A DNA stretch of 64,000 nt from Paragordius varius. Its lineage: Eukaryota > Animalia > Nematomorpha. The stretch covers positions 10,292,001-10,356,000 of the forward strand of contig OZ176053.1 of NCBI GenBank assembly GCA_964247055.1, read 5' to 3'. Positions 13,101-24,259 of this stretch are shown here, one piece after another; the first letter of the stretch is position 1; each line of letters begins with the position of its first letter. A program made the translations under genes and the position numbers. The notes under the pieces are model-generated. The model did no database searches, was not told the DNA's origin, and worked only from the letters and a program-made list of their open reading frames with translations.

Positions 13101-14789
13101 CTGAAATAATTAAGCTATTTTAGACTTATATTGTTGGATCAAGGTTTATAGTATAAGAATTAGTTAACCGAAATTGTAAATGCCGATTTGGTTAGCATTG
13201 ATTGGTATACACCTTCAAATTTGACAGTTTCCTCCAAATCAAATACTGGACACTATAACGAGTGATATATAATTAAAGTGTTACTAACAGCTTATTATAT
13301 TTTTTTTCCATATTTTTATATGTGAACTAACTCTTCAATTAAATATTCATTGTTATTTATATAAAGATTGATTTAAACAGTATCATTGACACCAAGGCCC
13401 AATCAAACCGTATTTCTCGAAATTTAATATTTCCGATTGGGAAATCTTTACTAATTACCTTATTGGATGAAAAAATAAGAACTTAAACAGTTATGATGAT
13501 ACAAAATCAAGATATATACTGGAACACTTTGAATCGACATGATTGCACACAAAGTGTCATTCGATGTGGCGACAAGCCGGACAGAAGGCGCTTCGCCATA
13601 TCGCTTGGGTGGGAAAGCGTATAAATATAGGATGGGTTGAGAGGGACTCACAGTAAATGTTACAATATCTCCAATACTATGCAAGTATGTAAAAAATGGA
13701 AAAAGAGTTCCAAATTTTATTTATGGTCATTTTATATTGAAATATTTTTTAGATCCATATACAGTTTATGGTCCCTTTTTTCTAGAAAATATATATTCAC
13801 CATATAAAAGGAGGCTTAAAACATTCGTCTGCCCAGTGCTGACAGTGTTGATGGAATAAATATGCAGTTAAGGTTTATGAGTTTAAAAAAATCGCTTTGG
13901 CATGGTTTCAGTCGGCTCTTTATCTAAGTTAGATACTGCACATAAGACATTGCGCTATATAATGTTTTACCTCCCCATTTGTAAATGATTACTTACAAAT
14001 AAAATAGGACATAATATTTTATATTATAGGATAAAGAGTTCCATTAAAAACAATTTTACCCTTCAATAAAAGATATGTTTACACAGGTTTTATATTATAT
14101 GGTTAATAAACAATTATTTGAGTTTATCAAAAGAAAAACTGTTAAAAAATATAAAAATCAATAATAGAAATAAATTATACCTTAAACGATAACCATTTAC
14201 CAGTGACAAGGATACGTTGAAAGTTATAGGTTCTGGAGAAGATCCAAACAATTGCACAATAATCTGTTCAAAATATTGATGTTGTGTTTTCATATTTCTA
14301 GCACGCTTTGTTACATTAATAAAATTTTCCTTAAACATAAATCTAAACTCCGCTTTGATCGACGAATTAAGGTTAGAGTCCGTGCATAGAGTTCGACTGA
14401 CTTCTTGGTAATATTCACTACATATAATTTGCTCATAATATATAGTTTTATGAAGATCATTTAAATTTTATAAAATATATGTACTTGGAAGATGATCTTT
14501 GTGGAATTTGTAATGTCGTTAATTGTGTCCCTCTGCGGATAACTGCAAAAATAGGATATTCCTTAACCACCGTCTTCGATGAGAGGTGTATTTTAAGAGA
14601 AAAATTCTTAAAAATATAGATAAAATCAACCTTATAGAGGTATGGTTCATACTCATAAATTAAAGTTATACCGCTTGAACTTGATATTTTTCGCTCATAG
14701 TTGACATTAAATGTTGCATTTTTAATGGAATCAGTATGGGTATAATTAAAAAATAAAAAACAAATTTTAATAAAAATTAGATATAGCAT
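2959..14789 (-). CDS. SIDT: SID-1 transmembrane family protein (SIDT1/2, CHUP-1-like), complete multi-exon gene
   Basis: More than 20 minus-strand exons give SIDT motifs in the correct order: signal-like [14 protein letters not shown] (ATG 14789), [39 protein letters not shown]1, [114 protein letters not shown]...[11 protein letters not shown] (3830-3717), last exon [20 protein letters not shown] (3021-2959). Exons of the TM1-TM2 loop (about 8600-8950) are only partly resolved. Confidence 0.95.
3072..3343. mobile_element. MITE family 1, copy B (in last SID-1 intron)
   Basis: Ends TATACCATT...ATGGTATA. The interior is the reverse complement of the interior of 581-879. Confidence 0.7.
5601..5806. 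mobile_element. MITE family 1, copy C (in SID-1 intron)
   Basis: Starts TATACCATTTAAAACTCAAATTCGCCC...TTCACCCTGAAAATAAATTATG like copy B; the right end is degenerate (TTTTAGGGTGAAT). Confidence 0.6.
6823..6871. repeat. (TA)n microsatellite
   Basis: Nearly perfect TA run in a SID-1 intron. Confidence 0.95.
10062..10121. repeat. (TA)n microsatellite
   Basis: About 30 TA units in a SID-1 intron. Confidence 0.95.
10690..12340 (+). mobile_element. Decayed 5'-truncated RTE-type non-LTR retrotransposon, antisense inside a SID-1 intron
   Basis: Frameshifted RT motifs: ALLKMK...[53 protein letters not shown] Cys/His finger CSIC-x10-CNYC-x4-H-KKC lies within the RT, and the 3' end is TGATGGTGAATGATGATGAT (short tandem tail typical of RTE). 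Located between SID-1 exons 12809-12650 and 10260-10180. Confidence 0.9.
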
Positions 14790-14858
14790 TTTAAAAAAAC
14801 ATATTGTTGTGTTGATTGACTTTATGCAAACATGAAAATTTGAACCCACGCTTTACCA

Positions 14859-17800
14859 ATGGCAAATATTATATGGTTCAAATTTAATTTAATTTAACAG
14901 GTATTCCCTGGATATGAATTCGGTTGATCAAAACTACTGTGAAAGAAAACCCAATAATGTTTTTATCCTCAATAATAGCAGTGAGTTTTCCTCAACAATA
15001 AAAACAGTTTCTTTTTTTGTACCCGATCAAAATTGTTTGGGCCTTACTATACGGGGCGGGAAAGAGCTAAATATTGGCATATATGTTTCAAAGTTTTTTC
15101 TTTATGCGATATCGGTGTCGTTAGTTACGTACTTGTCAGTGTTGTACATACGCCAATAAATTATTAATTAAAAATCTTAAGACATCTTCCAACATTTATT
15201 AGCATCGATGAGGGAAGTGCTTCCGATAATGTTGGCATGAAAATTGGGGATCAAATACTAAGCGTTAATGGGCATGATTTTCAGGATATCTATCATAAAC
15301 GAGCGGTCGCTATACTACGATCATATCGCAACTATGTTATGATAATACAGGTTTATTTATTACTAATGCATGATAATCTTTAAAATATCTTTAATTTTTT
15401 TCAATATTGTAAATTAGTATAATTATTCCAATTCATTTTTGTAAACCGTATTGATAAATTTTCTATATGTTAAAATAAAGGCAAAGTTAAGGTATGGTCA
15501 ATCATTTTTTAATATAACTAACCCTAAAACAAGATATGTTTTTTATTTGAAGATTGGAAGATTAAATTTGTTTTGTATATTATTTTTGATAATTTTTCAT
15601 TAGTCGATTGGTAAATTACCGTTGTATCGTGAGGTATATCGATTTTTGCCCAGAGTTCAAATTCCAAAACGAGCAAATGCACATCAAAACGAATCAACTT
15701 TGGAACCTTTACCATTTTCGGATGGCAACTATTTAGATATTGGCATTGTTAATAGGGCTTACACCGAATCTATGGGTTATTTTACAATATCATTTCTATT
15801 TCTTAATAAATTATTTTAATTTTGGTTTAATTTTAAAGTTATAATTTCTATCGCCATTGTTTTAACTTTTTTGAAATGTTATACATTTAATTCTTTTAAG
15901 ATTTCGCATTTTATAAAAATTTTGCATAAAACTTTTAAATTTTAATTATTATCGACCCTTACCTTTAGCGATTTTATATAAAAATTTAAAACAAACCTTT
16001 AAGTTAAATAAATGTTTGCTTCAATAAATTTGTGTTCACTTATTTGTATCATAAAAATATTCTCCAACTTTTTTAGATTCATTGAATCACAGTATGAATA
16101 TACCAGAATTTAATGGAAACAACTTTTCTTTGGATAATAAAGGTAAATGGAAGAAAATAATTAACCAAATAAATTCTATTTTTCTTAAATATGTGAGGTA
16201 ATTGAAATCGAGTCTTTTTATATATAAGATTTTACCATGCTAAAGTATCTATAAAGACAACTTTTCTATAATAATACTTTATTCATCCTATAATTTTTTA
16301 TTCAATAACACTGGACAACAAATTTTTCTGCCACTCGAGTTTTTTGCATTTTCTGATATTTACTATCATTCTAACAGTAAATCTGATATAAAAATTATAA
16401 CTCGTTGGAAGAATTTTGTATAATTTGATTTTTTTGATTATGCGCCCTCTTTATCAAAATTTTACTAAAAAATGTTTTTCTTTGAAAATATACAAGTAAT
16501 GCCCATTTGTAATACATCATTTGAAAGAGTAATAACTCTATAAAATGCATACTAATATGTATTACATCGACATTTAATATTGAACACAAAGAGCGACAAA
16601 CGCGCGAAGCGAGAGCACTTTTTTTAATTATTATATTTTTTAAACTAATGGATGAAAATACTTTGTTTAGATGGTGATGAATGTCCAAAAAAGATAACAC
16701 AAGAAAGTTTTTTTGATTAAAACCTTTTTTATTGCTTTTATGTCACTCAAAACAGCCATTTTTAAGTTTTTTTGTTTTTTTAAAAATTACCATCTCATCA
16801 ATATTAATTTATTTTCTTTACGAGGCTGATAATTTCTAAATTTTAGAGATAAAAACAAAGTTTAAGATATTTTTGATCTTTTATAGCCATTATGTAATAA
16901 ATTTACAGTTATAACTATGCATTTTAATATCCACTAGGTAAAATATTTATGATAATAATAATTTTTATTAAAAAAGCAAACCAAAAGCTTTTTCAAACAT
17001 TTTTTTTAAATTAAATACTAATTTAACCCTAATAATTATATTAAAATAATTTATATGATTTTCAAATTAGTTTGTCTGTGAAAATTCTTGACTTATTTAA
17101 GGATTGAAAATTTCGACCATATAAATCCAAATAACTTTTACATCCGATTAATTTAAATGACTTCCTACCATTTAAAAGATGCAGTTTTTTGCGCTCTTTC
17201 GAATGATATAAAATACATGGCTTCATATCTTAAACTTTTAATTTTCGAAATTTCGAGTTTAATGTTAAATCGGGGCCAAAAATTATCGATAAACTCATAT
17301 ATAAAAAAATTCTTGCATGCTAGACCAATTTTCTTTTCAGATATATTATTTATGTACTTTAATTAAATAAATTTTAAATTTACAAGAATGGCAGTTAAAA
17401 AAAGTTAAAATTTGTTGTCTAGTGTAATTAATGCTCCTAAATTATTAAATTTTTTTCAATGTATCCCACCACTCAAATAGATGATACCAGAAATTTCAAA
17501 AAATCGTTTGAAACCATATCTCTACAAAGTAATGGTTTTCGACATAAAAATACCGATTTTAATAATCAAGCTCACAAAGACCAAACTAATTTGCCAAAAT
17601 CATTAAGCCAAAACTTAAAACGAACCAAAGGTGTCGTATCAAACCTTAATGTAATTGACAGTGCGACGGATGGAAGAAAATTAACACAGTATGTGATTGA
17701 AATAGGAATATTTACATATAATAGATAATTTGACTATACACCAACGCTTTTTTACATATTTTATAATTAAATTTTAAGTTTAAAAAAACCAAACTTTATA

Positions 17801-19901
17801 AAAACGTGAATTTAGTTTAGATACTTCAATATCTTTCCTTTTATTCCATGTTTTTCAGTGTATTTTGACATTTATATAATTTAGATTTTATTTGAGTTTT
17901 AGCGATGGAAGAATATATTTTTAAAATACATCGTATTTATTTTTTTTAAATTTTTATACAATTAGCTTGTCTATGATGCCAAATTATTTCACTACAAGCG
18001 ATAAATTGTACAGTCAATTGTATGGACTCCCAAAGAGCGAACAACCTTATTCGATGTCAAAAGGGGCAAATAACTTATCATCTATTTATCATCAAGATTC
18101 GCACAATGTTGATAAAAAATTTCAAACGTTCTCCGATAAAAATAATTGCGTATTAACTAGCAACTTAGGTTAACATATCAATATCATTAGCTATAACTAG
18201 GGTTCGGTTTTTGATCGTAGGTAAATTGATCATAAACTGAGTCATTTATGGTCATATTCAGTAAATAATACCACAATCTGAATTATAAATATTAAAATAA
18301 ATGAATTTAATTAAAATACTTGCCTTTAATATAGTAATTATAAGGTTATCACTAACAGTCAAGTAAAAAATTAATATTATTTTACACGATAATACATGAT
18401 AAACGGATTTCCATATCACATAAACAATTACATTTATGAAATATGACTGGTTACTTATTTACATTTCTATTCCATAATTATCATCATAAAGGATATGACT
18501 CCAGATTCGGAATTTTCGCACCACAAAGTAATTCATATTTATAATAATTATACTTCGTGGTATTCTAAGGCGATTTTTTACGCAGCACATGCCCTTGTGA
18601 ACAACTAATGATTTTACAGATCATTAGAAACTGACCTTTGCCGTTAGCGCATTGTCATGCCCCAGCCAACACCACGGGGAGGTCGCAATCCATATATATA
18701 TATATATATATATAATGCAACCCAAATCGATAGGCCAAAAATTATGTTTGGAAAAGTCTTATTTTTTAATTTAAACGATCGTTTTACTGTTTTAGATGGA
18801 GAGGGGTGTGGAATTATAAAACCATTTGGCTCATTACCATTGTTAGATGAAGTACATGACATTATAAGTAGCAAGGAATTACTGCTTGAGTCTAAAAGGA
18901 CACTTTCCCTTAATGAAATGTATTTTCCGATTGCTGTGCCATACAGTGAAGTTTATTTGACTCAAAATTCCTCTGATAATATTACAAGGGGCAAAAAAAC
19001 TTTGTTAGCTTTAAGCTCGGAGAGTGGATTAAACAGCAATTATTATCAAGCTGATAATGAGTATGGGGAGGAAGACGTATTTACTACTTCATCAATGACT
19101 AAGGGTAAAAATTACACAAATTGTGTTGTGAATAATCAAAATTTGGCTAAAAGAAGTTACATATTGAATAATGGGCACAATCAAAGTGTAATTAATCATT
19201 CAGGAAAATATGGCTCAAAGGTAGGGAGTATAGTGGCTCAATTTGAAACTGATCTTGTTTTTAAGCCAAAAACGGCATCTAACAACTACGGTACTAAATC
19301 AATGTGGCCAAAAATTTCCGAAAGGTTTTCCAGTGCTACCAAAATATCAGATTTTCGTATCTTAAGCTCTGAAACCATATCTCAATCGACTCAAAAAATT
19401 GTGTACCACGAGGTTAAAAATAATAACACACCACTCTTGATCATAAATAAAAATAGTAATAAACCTTGCCCTAAGGATTCGTTTGAAAGAGATGATAATT
19501 ATGGTAATGAATATAGTAAAGAAATGCATGATGCCTCTCTCACGCGTCTCAAGAACAAACTTGATCGATTAAGCAAGGAAAGGGATAAACAAATGATGTA
19601 TTCCTCCTTTATGAATCCAAATTTTATTGAAACGAGCCATGATGAACCCATCTACGCAAACTCTGAAGTCCTGATCAAAAATTTTGATAATGGACAAATG
19701 GCAAACGAAAACTATGAAGGAAATGGTATATTAATAATAATGTTTATTTTATGTCATTTTTATAAAAACTAAAATTGTGGGGAAAATGGACAAAATACTC
19801 ATTATGACCCTTAATATTAATTAAATGTTTTAGTCTTTGTTAAAGATGTTGTAAAAACGGGTACCTTTTTTAGAAGATGTGTGTGTGTGTGTGACAATTA
19901 G
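14859..19901 (+). CDS. Whirlin/PDZD7-like PDZ scaffold protein (one clear PDZ domain)
   Basis: ATG 14859 joins the 14914 ORF via a 25-nt intron. PDZ: LGLTIRGGKELNIGIYVSK|IDEGSASDNVGMKIGDQILSVNGHDFQDIYHKRAVAILRS..|SIGKLPLYREV. Further in-phase exons start at 16077, 17481, 17965 and 18797 (LLDEVHDIISSKEL resembles the whirlin harmonin-homology helix). The 3' end is uncertain. Confidence 0.7.
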
Positions 19902-20297
19902 TTTTTATATATTATCAAAAGCTTTTTATTTAGCGAACATACTGTGTTTTAAATTAATTTTTTTTATTTATGGTAGAATATGCAACATCAACGAACGAAA
20001 GGTCTCATAGTGCAAGAATTATCCGTATTTAATTAAATTATTATAAAATCTACTGTTATTGATTCGGTTTATATATTATTTATTTGTATAAATTGTGTGA
20101 AATATATAAATAATAAACCCAAAAATGTATTGTGCACTTGTATGTAAAAATAAATATAATACTAGATTCACATATATTTGGCTATTATAATGAGCAATGA
20201 TTTAAACAAAGTAATACACATAATTAGTCCCTTAACAAATTTATTACACATAAAGTTACTTATATGCATCAGTTTCTTTTAAATAAAACAATTATTA

Positions 20298-22577
20298 TTA
20301 AACGACATCAAAAGTAGTGTTTCCCTGTTCTGTGACTATGGAAACAAGACTACCAGTTTTTGGGCGTGTATTTGGATTTACAGTCCAATCATATAATTTT
20401 CTACATAAAAAAAGTAGTGTTTAAAAGGCCATCAAAATTGTGGCTTTATAAAGTACATATTTAACTGAAAAAAAAACAAAAAACATACTCTGTTAGAATT
20501 TCCAAAGGAGTCCAACTCGATGTGTCAGCATCAGGCATCCATTTACGATTTATTGGAGTATCTAACATAACTCTGTATATTGTATTTAAATTTTGAAATG
20601 TTTAATATAGATTAAAGTAGGACCCTTACATAGGTGTAGTAACGACCAGGTTTGTTAATTAAGACTTGTAAATCCGCCGGTATTAAGTAAACAATATATT
20701 TAAATCTCATATTTTCGCGGATAGGCATAATATTTTATTTATTTGTTTCAAACTCTACTCCCGATGATGCCCGTCAAAAATTTGTGATTTAAAAAAATAT
20801 TTTTATTTTTTTCCTAATTCATGACGTATATATAGGTAGTATTATTTCAATTGAATATCTTTAAATAACCTTTTTTAAACATAAAATAGGAAATAAAAAA
20901 ATGAGCTATTTGATGTAATAAAATTATAACTTACGGTAAAATTGCTAATACAGTTGCATGTGGTGGTAAACCACTATTATGCCCACCCAAGCTCTGAACT
21001 AAATGATTAACACAAGCTTTAGCCATCCCATACGCTATCATACCTATTTTTATTATTTATTGAAATGAGTTTAAATTAACAAACATACGCTATCATACCT
21101 ATTTTTATTCAACAATACATTTTAACACCGTGTTATTATATAATATTAAAACTTTAAAAAATAAAAATGTCTTCAAAATACTACTGCACGTTACATTAGT
21201 AAGATAAAAAATATGGAAAACTCCATGTTTGAAAAATTTACACAAAATATGATATTATTACAATAATAAATTATAATTTCAAAGAATTAACACTTCATTA
21301 CATTTAATTTTTGTACTTGTTGACATTTTGGGGTAGTATTCGACCCCCGTAAAGTGATATACAATTAATATGAAAGTGGTTTTGGGTAAAATTTATTTAC
21401 CCTCTTTCAGTATCAGACGAAAAACTTAATTCTTACAGTTTTTTATTTCTTGAGTCCCAAATTATAGCTCCAAAACACAAATGAAGCGAACAGCTGATAT
21501 ATAAATCATTAATATTAAAAACATGTTCGTGAATTGCGATTCGAAAGCTTTCCAATATTTGTATTTTTAGCCATAATATATAATTTACGTGATTCAGGAT
21601 TTTAAAAAAATTAATGAAAAAAAACGATGGCGAAAAAAGTTTAAGATAAGGATTTTTTACCTTTTATAAAAAAATTGTATCCCGCAACTTAAGTGCTAAA
21701 GAAGATATTTTTAACAATACTCATTTTTTTTAAATATTAAAATTTAAAATGTCCTGGGGTTTAAAACTACTAAGGTAATGAAGTATTAAATAAAATTTAA
21801 AAAAATATTTTTGTAAAAAATATTAAAAAATTGACATATAACAAAAGACTAAAATTTAGCAAAACATTAGTAACAAATCGTTTATTAAAAATGAAGTTTT
21901 ATGTTCATGTGTCAGAAGTTCTCAAAATTATACGCGTAACCGGTATTTGGTTTTGTAACAATATCGGCTGTATATTCCAAAAAACAAAAGGTTAATAATT
22001 TTTGCCAAATAACATTTTAAAAATTTCTAACATTTGTACTACGCATTTGATATGTATTGCCCTTGGCCAAAAAAAATTTAGATATTAAAAAAATCTCAAA
22101 AAGAGTAACTATTATTTACCTGATGTAGGCTGTAATGATGCTTTCGCTCCGGGTAAAATAAGCAAACCACTGTCTTTCAAAAACTTTGCTGCTAGATGTG
22201 CAGAAATGCATGAGGTCCAAACACTTTGTTTCAGCGATAAGTCACAATTTTTGACAAAATCTAAATAAATTTAAAATTAAAAACCTTTGCTTGCAGCATT
22301 ACCGCCGCACCATCCACCAGCTACATTTAAAATTGCGTCAAATTTTTCATTTGTATTATCAGTTATAAATGATTCCACATGACTATATTGTTTTTCCAAA
22401 CTACTGTCTTGTGTTAAAGAAAGAGAGTTAGTGGCCAATAAATTTTCTTGAACATCAACATTGTATACATTCTGTAATGATTATATATATAGATACCCAA
22501 AGTTTAGATTTAAAATGTTCAATGATTTTTGAGCCTAATGCCCCTTTACCGCCGTATACTAATACGCTCTGGGTCAT
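20298..22577 (-). CDS. QDPR: Dihydropteridine reductase (SDR family)
   Basis: Exons 22577-22497, 22471-22285, 22260-22120, 21043-20935, 20572-20489, 20400-20298: [16 protein letters not shown]...[31 protein letters not shown]...[15 protein letters not shown]...[26 protein letters not shown]...[13 protein letters not shown]. Confidence 0.97.
21029..21109. repeat. 26-nt direct duplication of a QDPR intron/exon junction
   Basis: CATACGCTATCATACCTATTTTTATT at 21029-21054 and 21084-21109. Confidence 0.95.
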
Positions 22578-23469
22578 GCTTTATTTGGTATAGTGAATGC
22601 GCTGAAGTCAGTTGTCAAATTTATACTAGCACACCAATAACATGCATGGTTTTTGATGCAATACAATTAACAAAATTTATCTGATCAGCTTTGTTTTATA
22701 AATATTATTCCCATTGCATATGGACACATAAATTTTTTGTCCATAAATAAGTAAATAGAGACTAATTTAAAAAATATTGCGCCAAATATAAACTTCTAGA
22801 ATAATAATGTGTTTTGTATACTGCGGATAATGGTACCATGGTAAGTATACTTAGTAAAAAGGATGACATTCTATGATATGGACCCCCTAATATATTAATG
22901 AATAATTTTTTAACACCTCCTTGTTGTGAATTTGTTTACTATTATTAGCAATTCATTGCCTTATTTCACATTTACACAAGAAAATACCTGGTAAAAATAA
23001 AAATAGTGCATTTGGGGGGCAGAAAAAAATTCTAATGAAATCGATATAAATCCGTTAGACTGTATCAGAATTCTCATGGGTTTTTGGGTTTAAATGCTAG
23101 TAGAATTTAACAATATTATTTAAAAAAGGGCTTTTCTTAAAAAACTCAAAAGACCGGTTTTACAGGACGACATTTCCTATTATATCCTAGAAAGTTATAA
23201 TAAAAATATACATACTTTGTTTAAATTTTTTTGCTGAATCTTTTATATTATCTTGGTGCTAGTGGAAACGGCATAAAATCGAGTTACAAAATTTTGTATA
23301 ATGCAATGCTGTGAAATTCGATGACATCCAATTTTTGAATTCATTCGTTTTTAATTTAACATAATTGTGTTTTCGTTATAAATTTAATTAAACTAAAGCA
23401 CATCTTTTAACACTATTCAGGTATAAAAATCTCCAGACAACAATTATATTGATATCTTTAAAAAACTAC

Positions 23470-24070
23470 TTGAACAATCCGTTTTAACACTTCGATTCAA
23501 ATGTTAGGATTTTTAAAAAACTACTGATGGAAATAGTCCCAATTTAAATTTATGCTTCCATCCTAATAAAAATTATATATATATGCTAAAATATCTAAAT
23601 AAAATATTGTTTTAAAAAAAAAGTTCCATGTCAAACTACTTCAGCGCCATTTTTATTTTACAAATTTTTTGCAAAATATCGTTTTAATTTAATATTAAGG
23701 GTAAAATTAAAGCTAATTTTTTTAATTTACATCTAACATTGATAAAAATACAAAATGCCGTTTATTTTGTATTATTTTTCATTTCACCATTTCACACATG
23801 TCACATTGAGTAAATCTTTCGGTTTTATCTTAAAAAAATATCAAGTATTTTTAAATAATTTTTTTTATATATTTCGGTTTATTAATGCTATATGAATGCA
23901 AAATTTTGCCATGGTTCTAATTCCTTCCATATTTTTTAAAGAATTTAATTTTAAACAGGCCTGGGCATTTAACTACCCCAATTTGAATCGAACTAAAATG
24001 AATGTGTTGTATCCAAATGTTAATTTAAATTTCTTCTATCTTAATAAAAATTATATAAATAAGCCAAATC
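23470..24070. repeat. Dispersed repeat A, left copy (MITE-like)
   Basis: About 500 nt co-linear with 28130-28615 (shared GTTCCATGTCAAACTACTTC, TACATCTAACATTGATA, ATTCCTTCCATATTTTTTAAAGAATTTAA, ACAGGCCTGGG). Confidence 0.8.
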
Positions 24071-24259
24071 TTCACATTGCATTTTCAAAACGAGCCCTAG
24101 CAGCATTAGCAACAAAACGTAGAGCAATGTTGGATATAAAAGAAAAATTTGTGGTCACTGCTCCAGATAACTCGATTGAAAAAAATTTAGCGCAAAATAT
24201 ATAACAACTATATTGTGAAAATTCTGGTGTAGCTTAGAATAAATAATTAGATAACACTG

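Noticed and set aside
22600-23350. Coding-like sequence upstream of QDPR on both strands
   Set aside because: No consistent exon chain or recognisable family, even allowing very short introns.
23896-24204. 102-aa ORF and the ORFs at 24857, 26379, 26480, 42031-42650 and 44248-44730
   Set aside because: They lie inside non-autonomous repeats (repeat A, foldback arms, Helitron copies) and the frames are not conserved between copies.
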